From NCBI GenBank assembly GCA_963665325.3, contig OZ224045.1:2048001-2112000 (forward strand): a DNA stretch of 64,000 nucleotides. Direction: 5' to 3'. This DNA comes from Alphaproteobacteria bacterium (GTDB taxonomy: Bacteria > Pseudomonadota > Alphaproteobacteria > Bin95). The notes below the pieces were generated by a model. The model was given only the letters and a program-made list of their open reading frames with translations. It did not search any database and was not told where the DNA came from. This document shows, piece by piece, positions 16,709-24,705 of the stretch. How positions within the stretch are numbered: the stretch's first letter is position 1; each line of letters starts with the position of its first letter. The position numbers and the translations under genes were made by a program.

Positions 16709-17866
16709 CTAGACGCGCACCGGCATCTGCACGATGGCGAGCTCGGGGCGGTCGGGCGAGACGAACACTGCCGGATGACCGGGTTTCGTGTAGCGCATGA
16801 CCGTGGCGACGCGCCCGAAGGCACGGCTGGCGTCCTCCAGACAGCGGGCTTCGAACCCGATCGGATCGCTCCTGATCCGGCACCGGACCGGCAGGAGCGT
16901 CTCTTCGCCGACCTTGTAGCGGTCGACGTATTCGGTGAGCGTGACCTTGCCGTTGAGGGTGACTTGCAACCCGCGCCGCGCGGGCTGGGCGCCTGGCGGC
17001 GCCGCCTTTACCGCTTCGGTCAGTGCGAACAGGTCGAGCGGCGCGGACTTCATGCTGCCGGCAGGCGTGACGCGCCGGTAATCCGGGAACACGCCATCCA
17101 TGAATTGCGTCACGACTTCGCCCGCTCTGCAGCGGAACCGCGCGCCTCCGGTCCATATCTCCGTGTCCGCCGGTCCGCCGCCCTTCAGCAGGCGCTGCAA
17201 TGCCCTTACGGATTTGAGCGGCAGGATCGCGCCGCGCTTGTTGAAGCCGTCATCCGTCAGCGCGTCTTCGGCGAGCCGGATGTTCGTGTCCCGGATCGCC
17301 ATTCTCGACCCGTCGGTCGCCACCGCGCGCAGGCGTCCGTGGTGCGATTCGATGAACAGCCCGTTCAGGTACTGGCGGGACGGGTCGGTCGAGGCGGCGA
17401 ACGCCGTTTCGGCGACGATCGCCGCGAGTTCCGCCGCCGGCGCCTCCAGGCGCGCCTCGAGCTGCCCGCCCAGGGCCATATGGCAATAGCCGGACCTGCC
17501 GGTCGGAGCGCGCCCCAGTGCGGTTGCCTTGCCACTGTCCAGCAGGCGGCAGGCCGCCATTTCGGCGTCGCCGTGCTCGCTGCGGGCTTCGAACGTCACG
17601 ACGTCGCGCGCATTCGCCCGGGCCAGGGCATCGCGCAGCTCACCGGTATCGATCGATACCGATCCGGGGGCGGAAACGCCTGCCGGCACGCGCTGCGTCA
17701 GGAGGGCGGTGCCGTTGAAGGCCGATATCTCGAGGCCGAGCGGAGTCGCGACCAGATCGACGGGGTAGCGAAAATCGGTCCTCTGCCGCGTTCCGGCGGA
17801 GTTGCCGAAGGCGTGCGCGGAGCGGACCGCCTGTCCGAACAGCTGTTTGCGGATCGCGAATTTCAT
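16709..17866 (-). CDS. dnaN: DNA polymerase III beta sliding clamp homologue
   Basis: TAFAASTDPSRQYLNGLFI, LRAVATDGSRMA, ILPLKSV, DGVFPDYRRV; ~385 aa; GGGAG RBS. Confidence 0.85.
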   Translation of the reverse strand: MKFAIRKQLFGQAVRSAHAFGNSAGTRQRTDFRYPVDLVATPLGLEISAFNGTALLTQRVPAGVSAPGSVSIDTGELRDALARANARDVVTFEARSEHGDAEMAACRLLDSGKATALGRAPTGRSGYCHMALGGQLEARLEAPAAELAAIVAETAFAASTDPSRQYLNGLFIESHHGRLRAVATDGSRMAIRDTNIRLAEDALTDDGFNKRGAILPLKSVRALQRLLKGGGPADTEIWTGGARFRCRAGEVVTQFMDGVFPDYRRVTPAGSMKSAPLDLFALTEAVKAAPPGAQPARRGLQVTLNGKVTLTEYVDRYKVGEETLLPVRCRIRSDPIGFEARCLEDASRAFGRVATVMRYTKPGHPAVFVSPDRPELAIVQMPVRV

Positions 17867-17976
17867 CTCCCTTTTCCTTTCGGTTGTCTGTCGGTTGCAG
17901 GTGGACAAGCTGAGATCGCGCTTCAGGGGCATGGTGACGAGGAACTCGCCGACCTCGCGGCAGAGGTGGCTGGCGG

Positions 17977-18351
17977 TCAGGCGAGCATTGAACGGATGGT
18001 CGCTTCCAGCTGGCCGGTGACCTCGACCGGCTTGAGCGTGTCGGCCAGGCTCTCGGTGCCATCGAGGAGCGCGTCCCAGCATGCTGGTGTGTCGATTTCG
18101 ATGGCAGGGGGCGCGAGGTCGAAGCAGCTGGTGTCCGCGCGTTTGGTGAACCCGGCAGCGCTCGTGTCGCGGCGGAGCAGCGCCAGGCTGTATGAACCCC
18201 AGCTGCTGCCGGGGTGGGGGAGTTGGACCAGGTAGCTGTGATTGTTGAAATCGGAAGAATCGTTGTCGGCGCTGAGGATTTCGAGCGTGTCCGGATCGTA
18301 GCCGGCTTGCTGGATCGACGTGCGCCAGTCTTCGAGGCAGGGCTGCATCAT
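17977..18351 (-). CDS. Hypothetical protein
   Basis: MMQPCLEDWR... co-oriented ORF with AGGA RBS. Confidence 0.5.
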   Translation of the reverse strand: MMQPCLEDWRTSIQQAGYDPDTLEILSADNDSSDFNNHSYLVQLPHPGSSWGSYSLALLRRDTSAAGFTKRADTSCFDLAPPAIEIDTPACWDALLDGTESLADTLKPVEVTGQLEATIRSMLA

Positions 18352-18416
18352 GGCGTGTTTCCTGGTTTGTGTTGTATTGCGGGAGGTGGCGGGAAGCCGG
18401 TCGGGAGGTGACGGGA

Positions 18417-19442
18417 TTACCGGGTGCGCTGTGCGGCCCAGCGGATGAAGCCGGCGGTCCTTTGCAGGTCCGGATCGCGCTTCAGGGACATGGTGACGAG
18501 GAACTCGCCGATCTCGCGGCGGAGGCGCCGGGCATAGGCGACGATCGCGTCGAAGTTGGTGTCGTCGGCGATGTTGTAGAGGGCGCCGCAGAGGGAGACG
18601 AGGACATCGGATTCGGTCGGGACTTCGGCATTGTCCGGATCGGCGATGACGGCCGCCGGGTGCGGGATCTCGCGCCAGATCTTCAGGAAGGCAGAGAATA
18701 CGACGGCGGGGCCCTCGCCCACGGCGCCGCGGAAGAGAGCGCGCTCGATGTTCGGATCGAGGTCGGCGCGCTGGTTCACGATGTTGGAGACCTTGTGCCA
18801 GGTCCGGGGGCAGGCGAAGGCCTTCTCCTTCGACTGGGGATCGAAGTCGTTGAGGAGTTCGGGGCGGCAGGAGATGAAGAAGATGACTTCGGGCGCGATG
18901 CCGGCGCCGGCGGCCCATGCGCACCAGTCCCGGTGGTCGGACTTGAGCTCCAGGTGGACGAAGCGCGATGCCAGCGGGGCTACCATGCGGTGGACGACGC
19001 CCCGGTCGTTCTCGCGGTTGCCGCAGGCGATCAGGGACGCGCCGGGTGGCAGCTCGTATTCGCCGATGCGGCGATTCAGGACGAGCTGGTAGAGGGCGGC
19101 CTGGACCATCGGCACGGCTGAGGGAAGTTCTTCCAGGTTGATGAGGAAGCGGCCGTTGTCGTTCGACGGGGGGAGGAACTCGGGCGAGGCCCAGCGTGTG
19201 CGGTCGTTCTTGTCGCGCCAGGGGATGCCGCGCAGGTCGACGGGATCGAGGAGCAGGGCGCGGACGTCGATGTAGCGGCGGCCGGTGGCGGTTGCGACGG
19301 CGTCGGCGATATCGCTCTTTCCGATTCCAGGCTGGCCCCAGACCATGCAGGGCTCCCGGGCTTCGACCAGGAGGGAGAGGGTATCGGCGAGCTCGCTGGG
19401 CTTGAGCGAGTAGTCGGCGGAGACGTTGATCGGTTCGGGCAT
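18417..19442 (-). CDS. MoxR-type AAA+ ATPase
   Basis: WGQPGIGKS, DLRGIP, INLEEL, ACGNR, LASRFVH, CPRTW. Confidence 0.92.
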   Translation of the reverse strand: MPEPINVSADYSLKPSELADTLSLLVEAREPCMVWGQPGIGKSDIADAVATATGRRYIDVRALLLDPVDLRGIPWRDKNDRTRWASPEFLPPSNDNGRFLINLEELPSAVPMVQAALYQLVLNRRIGEYELPPGASLIACGNRENDRGVVHRMVAPLASRFVHLELKSDHRDWCAWAAGAGIAPEVIFFISCRPELLNDFDPQSKEKAFACPRTWHKVSNIVNQRADLDPNIERALFRGAVGEGPAVVFSAFLKIWREIPHPAAVIADPDNAEVPTESDVLVSLCGALYNIADDTNFDAIVAYARRLRREIGEFLVTMSLKRDPDLQRTAGFIRWAAQRTR

Positions 19443-19554
19443 GAAGGGCCTCGCGGTCGGTGTCGGAAAGGAACGGGTGCGGGATGCCGCCCGGGCACCG
19501 GCAGATTGCTGGAATCCGGCTTTCCCAGGCTTGGTGCGGCGAGTGGGCCGGCGG

Positions 19555-20538
19555 CTAGCGCGAGTAGGGAGAGCCGAGATGGCGGCGAACCGAGCGCGGC
19601 CCGCATGCGGCCAGGTCGTCGTTGAAGTCGTTTCCGCGCGGGATGAGGACGCGGCAGACGATGCCGGATTTCTCGCAGCGCTCGGCAAGGCGATCGGCGG
19701 CCTGGATGCCGTCCGGATCGTTGTCGCGTGCAATTGCGACGCGCGTGGATGCCGGAGGTGAGAACGACCCGACGCCGGAGGCGGAGAGTGCTGCTGCGCC
19801 TCCGGCGCCCGGGTATGCCGTGATGATGGAGAGGACGGTCTCGAGGCCTTCGCCGACGACGAGGGTGCATTTGTGGCTTCGAGGGGGGAAGCGCACGGCG
19901 GAGCCGAAGAGGCGTCCCAGCGCCTTGCGCGGGTGCTGCACGGGCGCCTTGGCGGGGGCTTCGGGGTCGAGCCAGGTGCGCAGCAGGCCGGTGAGCTGGC
20001 CGCGCGCGTCGGTGGCGGCGGCGACGAGGGCGGGAAAGGCGCCGGTGAAGTTCTCGTCGCGGTAGTGAAGCTTCGGGTGGTAGCGAAGGGAAGGGAAGCG
20101 GCAGCAGCGGATGCCGCGCGCCTGGAGGTATTCCTCTGCATGGGTGCCGGCGATCGGGCGGCAGGCCCGCCAGAGGCGTTCTATGGCGGCCGACGGGCTC
20201 TCGTTTGAGGATGCGGGAGCGGACCGGCGGCTGGGAGCCGGCATGGCCAGGAAGGAGCGTGCCTCGGCGAGGGTATCGCGGAGGGTCTCCGAGCGGGTCC
20301 GGTGCTTGATGAGGTCGAGCAGGTCCCCATGATCCCCGGTGGCGCCGTCTGTCCATTTCCCGGAACGCGGACCGTGGAGACGGACGAACAGCGATTCTCC
20401 GCGCGCGCCGTGGACATCGCCTGCGATCCAGTAGCGGCCCTGGCGCTGGCCGGCCGGGAGATAGTGCCGGCAGACGGCCTCGGCTTGTGCGGCGAGGGCG
20501 GCGGCGATCTCGGATGCTGGAGAGGATTGGGCATGCAT
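19555..20538 (-). CDS. DUF7146 + toprim primase-like protein (copy 1)
   Basis: AEAVCRHYLPAG...GKWTDGATGDHGDLLDLI...YLQARGI...VGEGLETVLS...DND...NDFNDDL. Confidence 0.88.
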   Translation of the reverse strand: MHAQSSPASEIAAALAAQAEAVCRHYLPAGQRQGRYWIAGDVHGARGESLFVRLHGPRSGKWTDGATGDHGDLLDLIKHRTRSETLRDTLAEARSFLAMPAPSRRSAPASSNESPSAAIERLWRACRPIAGTHAEEYLQARGIRCCRFPSLRYHPKLHYRDENFTGAFPALVAAATDARGQLTGLLRTWLDPEAPAKAPVQHPRKALGRLFGSAVRFPPRSHKCTLVVGEGLETVLSIITAYPGAGGAAALSASGVGSFSPPASTRVAIARDNDPDGIQAADRLAERCEKSGIVCRVLIPRGNDFNDDLAACGPRSVRRHLGSPYSR

Positions 20539-20644
20539 GGCGGTTCTCCCGGGAGAGAGCGAACGCGAAAAACGGGCCGCTGCTGATGCAGGGCCCGTGT
20601 TCGGAGAGTGATGCGGTGGGTGGAGGCGCCGCGACGCCGGCGGC

Positions 20645-20977
20645 TTATCTGGTCGGGATCGGTCGGCTTCGACGCCCCGAGTTCCGGATGAGGGCGTTGA
20701 GGGCGGTCATGGATTCCTTGTGGCGCTTGGCTTCGGCTGCCATGGCGTCCTCGTGGCGCTTGTCGCGTTTCTCGCTGGCCTCGGTCATCTTGTCGATGCC
20801 CCGGGACACGACCCGGATCTGCAGGACGCCGATAACGCAGCCAGCGACGACGAGGGCGAAGGTGACGAAGACAAGTGCGAAAGTGACGGTGACCAGGTCG
20901 CCGGTGGCAATGGCGGCTGCTGCCTGAGGATCCGAAACGGCAAGTTCTGTGACGTCGGTGAAGAACATGTCGAACAT
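20645..20977 (-). CDS. TM-anchored small coiled-coil protein (paralogue of 16202-16519)
   Basis: TM segment then RHEDAMAAEAKRHKESMTALNALIRN. Confidence 0.65.
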   Translation of the reverse strand: MFDMFFTDVTELAVSDPQAAAAIATGDLVTVTFALVFVTFALVVAGCVIGVLQIRVVSRGIDKMTEASEKRDKRHEDAMAAEAKRHKESMTALNALIRNSGRRSRPIPTR

Positions 20978-21105
20978 GTGTCTAGCCCTCCTGCAGCCGG
21001 GTTTCAACGAGGCGCGGTCGGCGGGCCTGCCGACGCGCGATCACCCGACAGGGGCTTTCCTTTCTCCTTTCGGGCCGTTGTGGGCGGGCACGGCAATGAC
21101 GTTCT

Positions 21106-21339
21106 TCAGAACCAGCCTCCGGCGTAGCCGGAGCTCGTTCCGGGGTAGCGCAGAGCGGCCTTGATGCGGGCGTCGTCATATCCGTGCTCGTAGGCCTGCG
21201 CGGTGGCGGGATGGCAGAGGCGGGCGACCAGGTTCCCGCGCCAGTTGCCGTTGCGGAAGGCGGCCCGCCCCATTCGCCGGGCGCGGTCGAGGTGTTTCCT
21301 GGCGGGAGGAGTCCCGGGGTGGGCGGGGTTGCGAGGCAT
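21106..21339 (-). CDS. Small hypothetical protein
   Basis: AGGA RBS; ARRMGRAAF...AYEHGYDDA pattern. Confidence 0.5.
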   Translation of the reverse strand: MPRNPAHPGTPPARKHLDRARRMGRAAFRNGNWRGNLVARLCHPATAQAYEHGYDDARIKAALRYPGTSSGYAGGWF

Positions 21340-21816
21340 GGGGCGTGTTTCCTGTGCGGTGAGAGGAATGGACCGGGCTGCGCGGGTTCGTCGGTGGCTG
21401 GCGGGTTCAGACGATCTTGCCGTCCGTGCGAAGCCAACCCCGGGCGCGAGAACGGGACTTGAGGCCGGTTGCGGCCTCGATTTTCCAGCGGCGTGCACCC
21501 TTCGGACCGCTATGGTCGGCGTAGATGATGGGAGCGGTGAGCGTGCTGGCGATCTCCTCCGCCTTCGGACGGCTGTCGAAGGAACGGACGGGCGCCGGCT
21601 TGGCCTGGCGTCGTTTTGCCCGTCGGCGGCGGGGTTTGGTGGAAGGCATGCCTGTGGTTCCCTGTGCAGGATGTGGAGAGGCCGGGAGCGGATGTCCCCT
21701 CCGGGCCGGTTCGCGCCAGAGAGGCTTTCCTTCTGCTGGGGGTTCCTCGCCGGCAGGCACGGCGATGGGTCGGTTCGGAAACGTGTCTTCGGGTTCGCGG
21801 CGGACCGGAGGACTGT

Positions 21817-22197
21817 TCAGCGATATGTCCAGACCGGCCAGATGTCCTGGCGGTGCTGACGGCGCTTCTCGCGGTTTGCTCCGCAGTGGGTGCAACGCTG
21901 GATCCAGTTGTGCGTGCCCTGGAGTTCGTCTTCCCAATGGTGGAGGAGGGATGCCTGGAAGATCGCCGTTGCGATTCTCGCGGAATTCCGGGACTGAAGG
22001 GCCTGCAGGATGCGGGCTTTCAGTTCCGCCTTGTCCTGCCGTGTCGGGCGCGGGGGCCAATAGCTCTGCGGGACGGCTTCGAGGACGTCCAGGAGCTGCT
22101 CCCTGGTGAGCGTGTCGAGGGCGGTTGCGGCGGTGGTCGAATCTGTGCCGCTGCACCTGGAGGCGGTGAAGGGTGCTCGGGGCGTGCAGGAGCTCAC
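21817..22197 (-). CDS. Hypothetical protein
   Basis: GTGA overlap with the upstream gene; CTHCG motif. Confidence 0.45.
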   Translation of the reverse strand: MSSCTPRAPFTASRCSGTDSTTAATALDTLTREQLLDVLEAVPQSYWPPRPTRQDKAELKARILQALQSRNSARIATAIFQASLLHHWEDELQGTHNWIQRCTHCGANREKRRQHRQDIWPVWTYR

Positions 22198-23072
22198 GGT
22201 GCTGCTCCCTTCAATGCCACGGGAACGCCGGAGAGGTGGAATGCGGCGCCGTCGGCCCAGTTGTCGAAATGCTCGAAGCAGCAGGGATGCGCGCCGGCGC
22301 CGAAGGGCGGTCCGCCTTCGAGGTACAGGAAGCGGCCGTCCTCGAGGCGCATGAAGTCGGCGGTGAAGGCCTTGCGGTCCGGGGAGTGGCGCCGGGGCGC
22401 CAGTGCCGGAAACCTGAGAGGCGTCGGCACGGCACCGATCAGCTTCTCGGTTTCGATGAGGCAGGCGGCGGCGTCCTGGCGGACCACGGGTGAGTCGGTC
22501 AGCGGGCGCTGCGGGTAGTAGCTGCTGATCGCGATGATCCGGCCGTCTTCGACGAAGACCCGGTATTCGACCGGGTAGCCGTCCACGATGCGCGCCTGCA
22601 TCCATGGTCTCGACCATGCCGGGATGACAGTGTCGGGATATTCGAGGATCAGATCTGTGGCGCGGAAGTCGTCGATATAGAAGCAGTCGAGCAGATCCTG
22701 GTGCCATTCGTGCCTGCCGGTGTCGAGGCGGTATTTCACCTCCGAGCAAGTGCAGCAGTCCCAGCGGATCATGGTGCCGGGTTCCTTGGCCGCCTCGATC
22801 TTCGTCCAGAAGGCCCGGAGCGCCCGGGTAGCCTCGTTCTCTTCGGTGCTCTCTGGGTTGTCGATGGCGACGATCAGATGCGCGATCTCGATCTTCCCGA
22901 TTTCGGTTGCCGGCACGGCTTCGACGCCGGCCGCCTTGCACACATCGAGCCAGGCGCTGAGCGAGACGGTGTTGAAGCCCGGCTGGCTGTTCCGGTCGTG
23001 GTGCGGGGAGTCGGAGTTCGCGTGCGCGTGCATGGCTTCGGCGACGTCGGGGGGAAGCTCGTTGTCAGCCAT
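22194..23072 (-). CDS. Putative ATP-grasp fold protein (R2K/Cdc123-like)
   Basis: EYRVFVEDGRIIAISSYY...FTADF...YLEGGPPFGAG. Confidence 0.65.
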   Translation of the reverse strand: MADNELPPDVAEAMHAHANSDSPHHDRNSQPGFNTVSLSAWLDVCKAAGVEAVPATEIGKIEIAHLIVAIDNPESTEENEATRALRAFWTKIEAAKEPGTMIRWDCCTCSEVKYRLDTGRHEWHQDLLDCFYIDDFRATDLILEYPDTVIPAWSRPWMQARIVDGYPVEYRVFVEDGRIIAISSYYPQRPLTDSPVVRQDAAACLIETEKLIGAVPTPLRFPALAPRRHSPDRKAFTADFMRLEDGRFLYLEGGPPFGAGAHPCCFEHFDNWADGAAFHLSGVPVALKGAAP

Positions 23073-23198
23073 CCTTCGTCCTTTCCGGTGCGATGGTGTC
23101 GCGAGCCGGCTGGACCAGGCCCGGTCCGCGCAGGTTCGCGGGGAACCCGCTTTCCTCCCCTTTGGGTCTGGGCCGCGAGTAACGCCGGCGGGGACCGG

Positions 23199-24686
23199 TC
23201 AGTCCTGCAGGGAGGGCACGATGCCGGTGAGTTTCCGCTCCCATCGGGGCCCGGAAGCGGTCTCGATCTTTCGGACCAGGATGTGCGGATAGACGGGAAT
23301 GAGCTTGCGGGTGCGGAGCTCGCGCTCGAGGGGCGGGACGAGCCAGGCGTCGGCGAGCACGAGGATCTTGCGAATGCCATTCCGGCGCGCGGCCATGACG
23401 GCGATGTCGGCCCAGGCGCGGGCGCAGATCCGGACCTGCTGTTCGTTGGGCGGCTTCTCGAAGTGGATGGTTTTCGCCAACTCCTTGCGGTCGGTCTCGT
23501 CGAGCGCGACAAGGCCGAACTCGGAGGCATCGAAGGAGAGCGCGGATCGCGACAGGGTGAGAACAGGTTCCGGGGCGGCCGGTTCGTCCGGCGCCGGCGG
23601 AGGGGCTGCGCGGAGCTGATCGGGAAGCTGCAGGGCCGGCGCGGAGAGCTGGGCCTGGATGTGCTCGCGCAGGCCTCCGGCGCCGAGCGCCATGAGGTCG
23701 TCGTTGAAGTCGTTACGTTGCGGAAGGATGAGGCGGACCGGCCGTCCCTCTTCGCGGAGACGCTGTTCGAGCTTCATGGCGGCCGGGTAGCCGGACTTGT
23801 CGCGGTCCACGGCGATCAGGACCCGGCCGATGGAATCGGGAATTGCGACTCCTGCCATTACCGAGGAGGAGAGGGTCGCGATGCCGGCGCAGCCGGGGAG
23901 CGCGGTGGTGACGGAGAGCACGGTCTCGATGCCTTCCCCGACGACGATATCGTTGCGGTCCGCGCGCTCCGGGTGGAACTGGACGCCGTGACCCTTGGGG
24001 GGGCCGAGCATCTTGCGCGGCTGGGGCAGCGGGGCCTTGCCGGTGCCGCTTGCGTCCAGCCAGGTCCGGTGCACGGCGTTGATCGAGCCGTCCGCTCCCT
24101 TGATGGCTGCGACCATGGCGGGCGCCCTGGTGACGAAGCTGTCTTCGCGGTAGAGCACTTCGGGGTGGAAGCGCAGGGACTCGTGGACGATGTCCGATAT
24201 GCCGCGGGAGTGGAGGTACATTCCCGCATCGGTATCGGTGAGCGGCCTGCAGCGCTCCCAGAGGCGGCGCGCATTGACGGTGTTGGACGAAACCTCGTCG
24301 TCATCGTCGTTTGCGACATGCTGGATTGTCGGCACCGGGTCGGGTGCAGGGGAAGGCGGTTTGGACCCGGTGTTTCGGGGTGGATTCGCGATCCCGAGGA
24401 TCTGCCGCGCTTCGGCCATGGCGTGGCCGAGCTTGGGATGCCCGCGGGCATGCCGGATCAGGTCCAGGAGGTCGCCGCGATCGCCCGTGGCCTTGTCTTC
24501 CCACCGGCCGATGTTGCTGCCCTTGAGGTGCACGAAGAGGGACTTGCCCGGATTGTTGTGGACGTCGCCGGCCTGCCAGTAGTTGCCGGTTTTCCTGCCG
24601 GCCGGCAGGTATTGACGGCAGACGGCCTCGGCATGGGGTTTGAGCAGGTCCGAGAGTTGGGCGGCGGAGAGGCGGCTGTCGGTCAG
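23199..24686 (-). CDS. DUF7146 + toprim primase-like protein (copy 2, C-terminally extended), probable CTG start
   Basis: Homology to copy 1 extends upstream of the track's start (AEAVCRQYLPAGRKTGNYW); GGAGGAG-AAAA-CTG; in-frame stop 8 codons further upstream. Confidence 0.85.
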   Translation of the reverse strand: MTDSRLSAAQLSDLLKPHAEAVCRQYLPAGRKTGNYWQAGDVHNNPGKSLFVHLKGSNIGRWEDKATGDRGDLLDLIRHARGHPKLGHAMAEARQILGIANPPRNTGSKPPSPAPDPVPTIQHVANDDDDEVSSNTVNARRLWERCRPLTDTDAGMYLHSRGISDIVHESLRFHPEVLYREDSFVTRAPAMVAAIKGADGSINAVHRTWLDASGTGKAPLPQPRKMLGPPKGHGVQFHPERADRNDIVVGEGIETVLSVTTALPGCAGIATLSSSVMAGVAIPDSIGRVLIAVDRDKSGYPAAMKLEQRLREEGRPVRLILPQRNDFNDDLMALGAGGLREHIQAQLSAPALQLPDQLRAAPPPAPDEPAAPEPVLTLSRSALSFDASEFGLVALDETDRKELAKTIHFEKPPNEQQVRICARAWADIAVMAARRNGIRKILVLADAWLVPPLERELRTRKLIPVYPHILVRKIETASGPRWERKLTGIVPSLQD

Positions 24687-24705
24687 TTTTCTCCTCCCGG
24701 GCGCA

